From: an uncultured Gemmatimonadota bacterium
GTDB taxonomy: Bacteria; GCA-2686955
Direction of reading: 5' to 3'
DNA length: 38,414 bases
Assembly (NCBI GenBank): GCA_964490075.1
Contig: CAZBBK010000060.1
Location: forward strand, 1 to 38,414
A model generated the notes under the pieces. The model was not told the origin of the DNA and ran no database searches. It worked only from the letters and a program-made list of their open reading frames with translations. Shown in pieces: positions 7,418 through 16,436 of this stretch; position 1 is the first letter of the stretch; every line of letters begins with the position of its first letter. Position numbers and translations under genes: made by a program.

Positions 7418-8020
7418 ATGGCCTTCCAACTTCCCGCCCTGCCCTGGTCCTCGGACGCCCTGGAGCCGTACATCTCAGCCCAGACGATGAGCTTTCACTA
7501 CGGCAAGCACCACGCCGCCTACGTCAACAAGCTCAACGCCGCCATCGAGGGCACGCCCTACGCCGAGATGAGCCTGGAAGAGATCGTGCGGGCCACCGCC
7601 GGCGACTCCACCAAGGCCGGCATCTTCAACAACGCCGCCCAGACCTGGAACCACACCTTCTTCTGGAGCTCGATGAGGCCGGATGGCGGCGGCGCTCCGA
7701 CTGGCGACCTGGCCGCCAAGATCGACGCCGCCTTCGGCAGCTTCGAGGCCTTCAAGGATCAGTTCGCCGCCAAGGCCGCGACCCTCTTCGGCAGCGGCTG
7801 GACCTGGCTGGTCCTGAACAAGGGCGAGCTCGAGATCGTCCAGACCACCGGCGCCGGCAACCCGATGACCGAGGGCGCGACCCCGCTCCTGACCCTCGAC
7901 GTCTGGGAGCACGCCTACTACCTCGACTACCAGAACCGCCGCCCCGACTTCATCGGCGCCTTCCTCGACAACCTGGTGAGCTGGGACTTCGCGGCCCAGA
8001 ACCTGGCGTACGCCGGCTGA
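7418..8020 (+). CDS. sodB: Fe/Mn-family superoxide dismutase
   Basis: HYGKHHAAYVNKLN, FGSGWTWL and DVWEHAYYLDYQNRRPDFI motifs. SD GAGGAG 7 nt upstream of the ATG. Lies 14 bp after the ahpC stop. Confidence 0.9.
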   Translation: MAFQLPALPWSSDALEPYISAQTMSFHYGKHHAAYVNKLNAAIEGTPYAEMSLEEIVRATAGDSTKAGIFNNAAQTWNHTFFWSSMRPDGGGAPTGDLAAKIDAAFGSFEAFKDQFAAKAATLFGSGWTWLVLNKGELEIVQTTGAGNPMTEGATPLLTLDVWEHAYYLDYQNRRPDFIGAFLDNLVSWDFAAQNLAYAG

Positions 8021-8052
8021 TCGGCCGCCGCCGCCATCCCCCCCAACGCGAA

Positions 8053-8102
8053 GCGCCCCCGCGCGGCTCCGTGACGGAGCGCGGCGCGGGGGCGCTTTCT
8101 TT
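8053..8102. terminator. intrinsic terminator between convergent sodB and pckG
   Basis: GCGCCCCCGCGC-GGCTCCGtgaCGGAGC-GCGCGGGGGCGC, a nested perfect hairpin, followed by TTTCTTT on the plus strand. Confidence 0.6.
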
Positions 8103-8140
8103 GGGTGTGGGAGGCCGGCGGGGCGAGCCTCGCCAGCAGG

Positions 8141-10102
8141 CTAGAGCTCGCGGAGCTGCTGCGGCGTGACGATCGAGCCGTACATCTCCTTCAGCGCGAT
8201 CAGCCCGGCCTTCTGCTCGCTGAGCACATCGAAGAGCCGCTCCGGAACCCGGTCCTCCTTGCGGTAGGCCTCTTCCTGCAGGTCGATGCGGGCGACGATC
8301 TTGTCGATGTAGAGCGAGAACTGCTTGGTGTAGAGCGCCTCGCCGTACTCCTTGTCGATGATCGACTCGAAGAGGTTGCGCAGGTCCTCGTACTGCGGCA
8401 GGTTGCCGACCGGCGAGTCGATCGCGCCCACCTCGCCGTGGGCGTAGCGCTCCAGCCAGGCCAGCCAGACCTTCACGTCGCGCTTCTCGCCGAGCAGCTT
8501 CTTGGAGCTTCCGCCACGCGCCTCTTCGGTGAGGAAGTAGTTCAACCCGGCCATCACCGGACGCTTGTCGGCGGCGATCTTGTCGGAGTTGAAGAACTGG
8601 AACTGCACGTCCATGTAGTCGCCCAGGGCGCCGGGGATGAAGGGGGCGTTGGCCCAGGGGGCGCGCTTCACGCCGCTCGCTCCGACCTCGGTGGCGGTGG
8701 CGGCCGACACGATGCAGGCGCCGATCGTCACGCCGGCGTCGGCGTTGGCGGCCACCCAGACCGGCGGCATGGTGTCGGCGTCGCGGCCCGAGTAGGTCAC
8801 CATCCGGGTCTCGACCCCGGCCGGATCCTCGGCGGCCTCGCAGTAGTTGGCGAGCGCGGTCGACGGCACGGTGCAGCGGGCGTTGGGATGCGAGATCGGC
8901 ACCTCTTTGCCCTTCGCGTCGACCATGCCCTGGGTCCACTCACCCTGGAAGTTGCGGCCGGAGCTGGGATGCACCTCGCCATTGCCGGTCCAGTGCGGCT
9001 TGCCCTGGTCGTCGATCAGGACGTTCGACCAGATCACCTCGGTGGCCGGCTCGCGCAAGAGCTTCATCAGGTGCGGGTCGCCTTCCCAATTGACGTCCTC
9101 GACGATGCCGAAGATGCCGCATTCGGGATTGATCGAGCGCACGCCGCCGTCGTCGGCGATCCACATCTGGGCCAGGTCGTCGCCCACGAAGAGATCACCG
9201 GCCATCGCCGTGGTGGTCTTGCCGCAGCCGCTGGGGGCGGCGCCGACGCACCAGGTGACGCGCCCGCCGGGGCCCTGGATGCCGGTGATGAACATGTGCT
9301 CGGAGAGCTCCTCGCCGCCGCCCTTGTAGATCGCCTTGTCGACGGCGAAGCGGTGGTTGCCCTTCTTCATGAGCAGGGTGTTGCCGGCGTAGGTGCAGTT
9401 GAAGCTGTAGGTGGTCCACAGCTTGCGGTCCATGAAGACGCGCGCGTTGGGCAGGTCCTCGGGACGGTTCAGGCCTTCGGAGTGGATGTTGGCGAAACAA
9501 TGGCCGAGGCGCTCCACCTCGCCGTCGAACTCGGCGTAGATGTTGCGGTAGAGGATCTCGGCGCTGTGGCAGACGTAGGCCGAGCTGGAGATCTCGAGCG
9601 CCGGGTTGGAGACCGGCGCGCCGGCGGGACCGCGCGAGTAGAAGCCGATCACCATCGTCTTGCCGCGCATGATGCCGCTCATGTGGGTGCGCACTTCGTC
9701 GAGCGCCACGCCGCGCAGCTTCTTCTTGGCCAGTGAGCTGAGCGCCTCGCCTTCGTCGACGATGTAGAAGGTGCGGTCGACGATCCGCCCCTGCTCCCCG
9801 GACAGGTCGTAGTGGATGGTGTGCTCGGCCATCGGCAGGGGCGCTTCCTCGCCCTTGTCGAGCGCCATCTGGCGGATGAAGGCCAGGTCCTCGGCGGAGC
9901 CGGTGTTGACGTAGATCTCGTCGGGCTCGCACATCAGAATCGCGTTGGCGATCTTGAGGAGGACGTCGGGGTTCTTGATCACGCCGAGCCGTGCCAGGTG
10001 CTCGGGGCTCATCTTGCTCTCGAACACACGGGTCGCCTCGGCGGCGGTCTTGATCCCCCCGATCTCTTGAACGATATCCAAGCCTGCGGCTGTCTCCGAC
10101 AT
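8141..10102 (-). CDS. pckG: GTP-dependent phosphoenolpyruvate carboxykinase
   Basis: Full-length similarity to GTP-PEPCK: kinase-1a loop GAAPSGCGKTT, WIADDG, FNCTYAGN. SD AGGAGA 6 nt before the ATG at 10102. Confidence 0.9.
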   Translation of the reverse strand: MSETAAGLDIVQEIGGIKTAAEATRVFESKMSPEHLARLGVIKNPDVLLKIANAILMCEPDEIYVNTGSAEDLAFIRQMALDKGEEAPLPMAEHTIHYDLSGEQGRIVDRTFYIVDEGEALSSLAKKKLRGVALDEVRTHMSGIMRGKTMVIGFYSRGPAGAPVSNPALEISSSAYVCHSAEILYRNIYAEFDGEVERLGHCFANIHSEGLNRPEDLPNARVFMDRKLWTTYSFNCTYAGNTLLMKKGNHRFAVDKAIYKGGGEELSEHMFITGIQGPGGRVTWCVGAAPSGCGKTTTAMAGDLFVGDDLAQMWIADDGGVRSINPECGIFGIVEDVNWEGDPHLMKLLREPATEVIWSNVLIDDQGKPHWTGNGEVHPSSGRNFQGEWTQGMVDAKGKEVPISHPNARCTVPSTALANYCEAAEDPAGVETRMVTYSGRDADTMPPVWVAANADAGVTIGACIVSAATATEVGASGVKRAPWANAPFIPGALGDYMDVQFQFFNSDKIAADKRPVMAGLNYFLTEEARGGSSKKLLGEKRDVKVWLAWLERYAHGEVGAIDSPVGNLPQYEDLRNLFESIIDKEYGEALYTKQFSLYIDKIVARIDLQEEAYRKEDRVPERLFDVLSEQKAGLIALKEMYGSIVTPQQLREL

Positions 10103-10287
10103 CTCGAGTCTCCTGATTCGTTTCGTTGGGGGTTCTCGTGAGGGGTGGCTCACGAGGGAATGGGAAGGGTCTGGTGGGAATGGCCCACGGAGCCAATCGC
10201 GCATCGTATCGCGCCCGCGCGCGTGAGACCAGCTACGGGTTGGGGGATGTGCCGCGATAAAGGAATTGGATCAAAGGGGCAGGGCGC

Positions 10288-12705
10288 TCAGCGGTAGCGC
10301 ACCTCGATCGCATCGAGGCGGAAGATGGCGCCCGTCGACTCCGGGCGCTGCTCGCCGCGGACGCGGATATCGAGCAGGTGGAAGCCGTCCACCAGACTGT
10401 CGGCGGCGGCGATGGTGCGTTGCAGCTCGAGGCTGTCGGCGTAGGTGTCGACGGATGCCAGAAGGGCGTGGTCGAGGTAGATGTCGACCAGGCCCTGGTC
10501 GGGGCCGCGCAGGCCGATCACGCGCACGCCGATGCCGTCGAAATGCATCCGCGCGCGGGCGTCGGGTTGGTCGGAGAAGGCGTAGCCGCGCTTGATGCAG
10601 CCGGGCTGGACCGCGCGGCCCCAGCTGCCGCTGGGGACGATCGGCTCGTCGCGGGCGTCGTCGTAGATCTCGTGGGTGCTGACCACCGACCAGTCGGCGC
10701 CGCCGTCGGTGGAGCGCAGGAGCCCTTCGAAGCCGCCGAGGAAGAGGGTCGAGTCGGATGGGAAGGCCGGGCTGAGCTCCAGCCAGCTGGAGCTGACGGC
10801 GTCGTCGCAGGGGCTCGAGACGCGTCCCCAGCTCTCGCCGGCGCCGGTCGAGCGGTAGACCCCGTGCGACATGGTGGTGGCCAGGATCGTGCGGTCGGTG
10901 GCGAAGCCGGGTGAGAGGGCGAGGTGGGTGGGGCGCGCCGGGTCGAGACCGGCGCCGCGCCGGCTCCAGGTCTGGCCGTGGTCGGTCGACTTCTGGAAGC
11001 CGAGGGTGTCGGTGAGGGCGAAAGCCAGGCCGGAGACGGAGAAGTCGGGGGCGAGGGCGAGCTGCAGGTAGGCGTCGACCGGGCTGGCGGTGACGCTCCA
11101 GCTGCGGCCGCCGTCGGTGGAGCGGTGCACGGCGGAGGTGGAATCGGGTCCGGCGATGAAGAGGGTAGAGTCGACCGGGAAGTCGGGCGAGAGCGCCAGC
11201 TCCCAGAAGCGCCCGGGCGGGGGGTCGGGCAGCCGCGGCCAGGTGGCGCCGCCGTCGGTGGAGCGGTGCAGCTTGGTGATCTCATGCACGCTGAAGGCGT
11301 AGATGGTGCGGTCGGTCGCGTAGCCGGGTGAGAACTGGATGCCGCGGATCGCGTTGCGCTCGATCAGCGAATCGGGCGGTGGGATGGCGACGTGGGTCCA
11401 GGTGAGGCCGCGGTCGACGCTGCGCTGGATTCCGCCGCTGGTGCCGCTCAGGATCAACGAGTCGGCGGCGAACTCGGGCGAGAAGACCAGGGCGTTGGAC
11501 GACATGCCGGCGTAGTCGGTGATGCGCACGTCCCAGCTCGAGCCGCCGTCCTGCGAAATGCTGAAGGGCATGCCGTAGCCGGTGTAGGCGACCACGGAAT
11601 CGCTCTCGAAGGCGGGCGAGAGGGCGATGCGGTGGCCGAAGCGGGTCGGGTTGATGTTGGCCTGGTGCCAGCTATCGCCACCGTCGAAAGAGCCGTAGAG
11701 ACCCTCCATGGTGCCGCACAGGACCAGGGGCGGATCGGGGTAGGCGCGGGCGAGCTCGACGTCGAGGTAGTGGACGCTGACGCGGTCCCAGAGCTTGACC
11801 GCCAGCGGCGTGTGCTGCCAGCTTTCGCCGCCGTCGCGCGAGCGGTAGAGCCCGGCCTCCTTGGTGGTGACGAAGAGCTCGGGCGGATCGGGGAAGGCGG
11901 GGGCGGCGGCGATGTCGGTGCAGTAGAGCTCGGCGAGACCGACGTTGATCGGCAGGAAGGAGGCGCCGGCGTCGGTGGAGCGCAGCACGCCCTGGTCGAG
12001 GGTGGCCAGCCACAGGGTGGGGTTGGTGGCGTAGTCGGGGGCGATCTCGAGCGCCGCCACGACGGCAGCCGGCAGACGGGTGATCCAGGTGGCGCCGCCG
12101 TCGCCGCTGATCCGCAGGGTCGAGTCGGAGAGGGCGAGGGCGACCGTGGAGTCGGCATCGAAGCGGTCGGAGACCTCGAGCACCTCGATCTCGGGCGCGA
12201 GAGGATCGAGGGGATCGCCGCTCTCGAAGACCGAAAGAGTCGACAGGCCGCCGTCCGCGGAGCGGTGAAGGGCGTGGGAGGAGGCCGCGAAGAGGCCGCG
12301 TCCGCCGCCGGCGAAGCGCGGCACCGCGAGGTGCTCCAGGCGCTCGGGACCGATCGGCGGCAGCCAGTGCTGGCCGCGATCGAGCGAGGGCTGCAGCCGC
12401 CCCGATCCGGTCAGGATCCAGGCCACCCCGGAGGTGTCCCAGTCCGAGGCCGCGACGATTCCGTCGGCCCGATCGGAGAGGGCGCCGCAGCGCGACTGGC
12501 GCCAGGTCTTGCCGGCATCCTGGCTGCGCAGCAGCACGTTGCTGGTGCCGGCCGACCCGACCAGCAGGGTGCGGTCGAAGGCGAACTGGGGGCTGATCGC
12601 GTAGCCGTCGATGATGTCGTGGGGGTGGTGGGCGTGCGCCGGGCGCGGCGCGGCGGCGGCCAGCAGCGCGGCACAGACGGCGAGAAGCGACGGCGAGCGA
12701 GACAA
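10288..12705 (-). CDS. secreted BNR/Asp-box repeat protein, probable double beta-propeller
   Basis: About 13 S-x-D-x-G-x-(T/S)-W repeats (STDGGATW, SRDGGESW, SQDGGSSW, STDHGQTW and others). TTG start with SD GGGGGA gives the signal peptide MSRSPSLLAVCAALLAAAAPRPAHA. Confidence 0.75.
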   Translation of the reverse strand: MSRSPSLLAVCAALLAAAAPRPAHAHHPHDIIDGYAISPQFAFDRTLLVGSAGTSNVLLRSQDAGKTWRQSRCGALSDRADGIVAASDWDTSGVAWILTGSGRLQPSLDRGQHWLPPIGPERLEHLAVPRFAGGGRGLFAASSHALHRSADGGLSTLSVFESGDPLDPLAPEIEVLEVSDRFDADSTVALALSDSTLRISGDGGATWITRLPAAVVAALEIAPDYATNPTLWLATLDQGVLRSTDAGASFLPINVGLAELYCTDIAAAPAFPDPPELFVTTKEAGLYRSRDGGESWQHTPLAVKLWDRVSVHYLDVELARAYPDPPLVLCGTMEGLYGSFDGGDSWHQANINPTRFGHRIALSPAFESDSVVAYTGYGMPFSISQDGGSSWDVRITDYAGMSSNALVFSPEFAADSLILSGTSGGIQRSVDRGLTWTHVAIPPPDSLIERNAIRGIQFSPGYATDRTIYAFSVHEITKLHRSTDGGATWPRLPDPPPGRFWELALSPDFPVDSTLFIAGPDSTSAVHRSTDGGRSWSVTASPVDAYLQLALAPDFSVSGLAFALTDTLGFQKSTDHGQTWSRRGAGLDPARPTHLALSPGFATDRTILATTMSHGVYRSTGAGESWGRVSSPCDDAVSSSWLELSPAFPSDSTLFLGGFEGLLRSTDGGADWSVVSTHEIYDDARDEPIVPSGSWGRAVQPGCIKRGYAFSDQPDARARMHFDGIGVRVIGLRGPDQGLVDIYLDHALLASVDTYADSLELQRTIAAADSLVDGFHLLDIRVRGEQRPESTGAIFRLDAIEVRYR

Positions 12706-12778
12706 TTCGGTCCCCCATGTGGGCCGGCGGCGGACAGTGCCAGCCTCTACAACATCTAACCGCCGTCGCGCCCGCGCG

Positions 12779-13510
12779 TCAAACCGAACGCCGGCCACAG
12801 AGGTAGTACTGCCCCCCCGCCGGCAGGCGGTGCAGGCGCGGCTCGAGCGACCGCAGCCGGCCCAGCATCCGCGGCAGAAAGACTATGTAGCGCACCGCGA
12901 GCTGGTCCAGTGGAGCTCCGGCGCAGACCCGGCGCAGGCTGCCCGCCCTGTGCAGTTCGACCCCGGCGTCGAGCGGACAGCGCGAGACCACCCAGCGGGT
13001 GAGCGGGTTGAGGGGATTGTGCTCGAAGAGGAAGAAGAGGCCGCCGGGACGCAGCACGCGGCACATCTCGCGCACCATCGCCGGGTGCAGATCCGCGTCG
13101 GCGTGGTGGAAGATGCAGGACGAGAGCACCAGATCGAACGCTGCGTCGCCGAAAGGCAGCTGCTGCGCGGTGCCGGCCGCGAAGCTGTCCGGCGGTAGAT
13201 CGAGCGCGGCCGCGCGCGCGCGCATTCCGGCCGAGGGCTCCACGCCCCGAACCCGGCGCAGGCTGCCGCTCAGGAGCTGCACCATGCGCCCGGTCCCGGA
13301 GCCCACATCGAGCGCCGCGGCTCCGGCCGGGTCGAAGCCCATACGCCGGCACTGGTCGACCAGCTCGCGCGCCTTCAGCCGCAGATAGTAGTCCGATTCC
13401 TCGCCGCCCAGCAGCAGCTTCAGCTTCTCGTCGACCACTCCCTCGTAGTCTTCGCTGACCGCGTCGAAGCCCGCTTCCGCTCCTTCCCCCGAAACGTAGC
13501 CCGCGCTCAA
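12779..13510 (-). CDS. class I SAM-dependent methyltransferase
   Basis: Motif I LDVGSGTGRM, LVLSSCIFHH, LRPGGLFFLFEHN. TTG start overlapping the GT2 stop (TTGA). Confidence 0.7.
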   Translation of the reverse strand: MSAGYVSGEGAEAGFDAVSEDYEGVVDEKLKLLLGGEESDYYLRLKARELVDQCRRMGFDPAGAAALDVGSGTGRMVQLLSGSLRRVRGVEPSAGMRARAAALDLPPDSFAAGTAQQLPFGDAAFDLVLSSCIFHHADADLHPAMVREMCRVLRPGGLFFLFEHNPLNPLTRWVVSRCPLDAGVELHRAGSLRRVCAGAPLDQLAVRYIVFLPRMLGRLRSLEPRLHRLPAGGQYYLCGRRSV

Positions 13511-14439
13511 CGCAGCACCTCGTCCACGAAGTAGAGCGGCCGCGCCTTGGCCTCGTTGTAGATGCGCCCCAGGTACTCGCCGATGACGCCGAGGCTGAGC
13601 AGCTGCACGCCCCCCAGGAAGGCCACCACGATCACCATCGAGGTCCAGCCGGAGACCACCCGGCCGGTGAAGAGCCTGGCCCAGACGGCGAAAGCCGCGT
13701 AGGAGAAGGCCGCCAGCGAGGAGAAGAGGCCGAGCGCGGTGGCGACCCGCAGCGGCGCGCTGGAGAACGACACGATGGCGTCGAAGGCGAAGATCACCAT
13801 CTTGCGCAAGGGGTACTTGGTGGTTCCGGCGCTGCGCGGCTCGCGCACGTAGTCGATGCCGGTCTGGCGGAAACCGATCCAGGTCACCAGCCCGCGCACG
13901 AAGCGGTGGCGCTCCTCGATCTGCTGCAGAGCGTCGACCGCGCGCCGGCTCATGAGCCGGAAATCGCCCGCGTCACGCGGGATGTCGACCGCCGCGAGAG
14001 CGTGGATCAGACGATAGAAGAGCGACGCGGTGGTGGTCTTGAAGACGCTCTCTCCTTCGCGCCGCGCACGCACTCCGTAGACCACGTCGAAACCCTCGCG
14101 CCAGCGCTCCACCATCTTTCCCAGCACCTCCGGCGGATCCTGGAGATCGGCGTCCATCACCACCACCGCCGCCCCGCGGGCATGATCGAGGCCGGCGGTG
14201 ATGGCGATCTGGTGGCCGAAGTTGCGCGAGAGCAGCACCACTCCCACCCGCCGATCGCGCTCGGCGAAGGCGCGCAGGATCTCGACCGACGAATCGCTGC
14301 TGCCGTCGTTCACGAAGACGATCTCGTAGACCAGGTCGAGCGCCTCCAGCGCCGCCTTCACCCGCTGGTGGCACTCCGGCAGCACCTCTTCTTCGTTGTA
14401 GACCGGAATGACGACGCTCAGCTCGATCTCGGCGCTCAT
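13507..14439 (-). CDS. GT2 polyprenyl-phosphate glycosyltransferase (ArnC/DPM1/GtrB-like)
   Basis: LSVVIPVYNEEEVLPE, VNDGSSDSS, VMDADLQDPPE (DxD), C-terminal two-TM anchor. SD AGGGGGAA. ATGA overlap with the upstream gene stop. Confidence 0.85.
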   Translation of the reverse strand: MSAEIELSVVIPVYNEEEVLPECHQRVKAALEALDLVYEIVFVNDGSSDSSVEILRAFAERDRRVGVVLLSRNFGHQIAITAGLDHARGAAVVVMDADLQDPPEVLGKMVERWREGFDVVYGVRARREGESVFKTTTASLFYRLIHALAAVDIPRDAGDFRLMSRRAVDALQQIEERHRFVRGLVTWIGFRQTGIDYVREPRSAGTTKYPLRKMVIFAFDAIVSFSSAPLRVATALGLFSSLAAFSYAAFAVWARLFTGRVVSGWTSMVIVVAFLGGVQLLSLGVIGEYLGRIYNEAKARPLYFVDEVLR

Positions 14440-16400
14440 CGCTGCGTTCCCCCTGGGGAATGGAGTGGATCGGGCGGCGGGCAGGGCCACGCGCCGGCGA
14501 ACACCATGATCCGCGGATCGCTGTAGCAAGGCGGACCCAGCAGCTCCGCCACCAGGTCGAGGGTCGGCTGGTAGAGCTCTCGGGAGACGCCGTGGAAGGG
14601 CTGGTCCGGGTCGCCGGCCGGCAGATAGCGGTCGCGATGCAGCACCACCGCGCCGATCTCGAGCCGCTCCAGGTCGGCGCGCACCCGCGCCGAGTCCAGC
14701 GGCGGGGCGCCGGCCGGATCGCGCAGCGCGGCCAGCAAGGGCTCCTCCTCGAAGAGCCGCCGCGCATGCTCCGGGTTGCGACTGATATACCCCGAGAAGA
14801 TCGGACGCCGGTGGCCGATCTGCTCGTACATGTAGCGCCCCACCATGGAGCTGGCGGGAGCGCCCCGGGGGGCGATCGGCAGGTTCAACAGGGCCGTGCC
14901 GGACGGGTCCTGCGCCAGTCGCTCGAAGTAGGGGCTCATGCTCGGGTCGATCTTCTCGTAGGGTGCGATCAGCGCCTCGAAAGGGATCAGGAAGGCCAGG
15001 CCGGCGGTGCAGACGCGCGCCGCGCCGCGCCCACGGCGGCGCTCGATCCACGCCAGGAGCGCCTGGCAGCCGATCGCGGCCAGTGGCGCCAGCGCCAGCA
15101 TGGTGCCGATGATCATACGCGAGGGGGCGCGCGCCGCGCTCAGTCCGGGCAGCCGCCCGAACACCCAGTAGGGCAGCGGAATTCCCACCACCGGCGCGTC
15201 GTAGCCCAGCCGCCGCAGCACACCGCCCAGCCCGGTCCTGGCGAGCAGCGCGCCCTCGGTGCCGACGAACACCGCGCCGGCGACGTGCAAGAAGGCGCCC
15301 AGACTGAGCACCCAGAAGGCGAAGGCCATGAAGCGCAGAAAGCGCGCGCCGGGGTCGTGGCGGCGGCCGCGGAAGCCGAGCCAGGCCAGGGCCAGCGCCG
15401 TATAGCCGACGAAGGTGAGCTGCTCCAGCGGCGAGGGGCGGCTGACGTAGCCCTCGTGGTAGCGCGACAGCCAGTGGTAGAGGGGCCGGACCGCGTCCCC
15501 CCAGAGGGGATGGAAGGGACCGGGGACGAATGCGCCGAAGAGATCGCCCACCGCGGCGTTGATTCCCGGCTGGACGCCGCCGGCGCCGGCGACCTGGCCG
15601 TGGCTGAACCAGGGCAGCAGGAAGGGCGCCAGCAGCGCGGTCGCCAGCGCCCCGGCGAGCGCCGCGCCGCGCCAGAATCGCGCCGCCAGCAGGCGCCGGT
15701 CGCGCACCAGCGCGCCGTGCCCGAGCTGCAGGGCGAGCCAGACGAAGGCGGTCAGCAGCAGGTACCAGGAGCAGATACCGGTCAGGGCCAGGGCCGCTCC
15801 CGCCGCCAGAGCGTGACGCGGCCGGGCGCTGTCGCGAAAGCGCAGCACGAAGAGCGCCGCCAGCGGCAAGAACTGGGCCGCCGCCAGGTTGGGATGGACG
15901 CAGAAACGCGAGGTCAGGAAGGGCGAGAAGCCGTAGACCAGTCCACCGATGAAGGCGGCGCGGCGCTCATCCACGAAGTAGCGCGCGAAGTGGTAGCCGC
16001 CGAAGCCGCAGAGCGCCCAGTTGCCGAGCTGGATCAGGTTGTAGCCGAGCGGATCGCCGAACAGGGCGTGCGCCGGAAAGCTCAGGAGCGCGTTGAAGTA
16101 GGAGAGATCGATGCGCACCAGGTCGACGCCCAGCGGATGGAAGATCATCTCGGTATGGTTGAACGCGCCCTGTAGCCAGGCGCGGCGGAAGAACCAGTTG
16201 AACCAGACGTAGACGTACGAGTCCCCCGCCCCGATGTAGGCGGCACGCGCCGCGATCGGCAAGGGGTAGGAGCACAAGGTCGCGATCAGGAGGTAGCCGG
16301 CCAGCACGTCCAGGTGCAAGCGCCGCCACCACGGCGCAGGGCGTGCCCTGGGGGCCGGATTCGCTGCCTCGGATCTCGTTGACTGGTGGTCGTCCCGCAT
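14436..16400 (-). CDS. polytopic membrane protein, putative GT-C-fold glycosyltransferase (ArnT/PMT-like partner of the GT2)
   Basis: 654 aa with more than 10 predicted TM helices, an Asp-containing first periplasmic loop (AYIGAGDSYVYVWFNWFF) and a C-terminal soluble domain. Stop overlaps the GT2 ATG. No clear SD, so the start is uncertain. Confidence 0.55.
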   Translation of the reverse strand: MRDDHQSTRSEAANPAPRARPAPWWRRLHLDVLAGYLLIATLCSYPLPIAARAAYIGAGDSYVYVWFNWFFRRAWLQGAFNHTEMIFHPLGVDLVRIDLSYFNALLSFPAHALFGDPLGYNLIQLGNWALCGFGGYHFARYFVDERRAAFIGGLVYGFSPFLTSRFCVHPNLAAAQFLPLAALFVLRFRDSARPRHALAAGAALALTGICSWYLLLTAFVWLALQLGHGALVRDRRLLAARFWRGAALAGALATALLAPFLLPWFSHGQVAGAGGVQPGINAAVGDLFGAFVPGPFHPLWGDAVRPLYHWLSRYHEGYVSRPSPLEQLTFVGYTALALAWLGFRGRRHDPGARFLRFMAFAFWVLSLGAFLHVAGAVFVGTEGALLARTGLGGVLRRLGYDAPVVGIPLPYWVFGRLPGLSAARAPSRMIIGTMLALAPLAAIGCQALLAWIERRRGRGAARVCTAGLAFLIPFEALIAPYEKIDPSMSPYFERLAQDPSGTALLNLPIAPRGAPASSMVGRYMYEQIGHRRPIFSGYISRNPEHARRLFEEEPLLAALRDPAGAPPLDSARVRADLERLEIGAVVLHRDRYLPAGDPDQPFHGVSRELYQPTLDLVAELLGPPCYSDPRIMVFAGAWPCPPPDPLHSPGGTQR

Positions 16401-16436
16401 CGCTCGGGGCAGGATCGCACAGGCGCCGCGGGGGTG

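Noticed and set aside
10135-10156. CTCGTGAGgggtggCTCACGAG hairpin in the pckG leader as a terminator for the upstream BNR gene
   Set aside because: No U-run follows on the minus strand. It may be a leader structure, but there is no evidence for function.
8105-10196. 543-aa plus-strand ORF and 333-aa minus-strand ORF over pckG
   Set aside because: Out of frame with, or antisense to, the clearly conserved PEPCK reading frame. Arg/Gly-rich junk.
10518-12718. 255-aa, 234-aa and 348-aa minus-strand ORFs, and 178-aa and 455-aa plus-strand ORFs, overlapping the BNR gene
   Set aside because: Alternative frames of the same DNA. The Asp-box repeats exist only in the 10288..12705 frame.
14460-16175. 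571-aa plus-strand ORF
   Set aside because: Antisense to the polytopic membrane protein. Gln/Arg/Gly-rich with no features.
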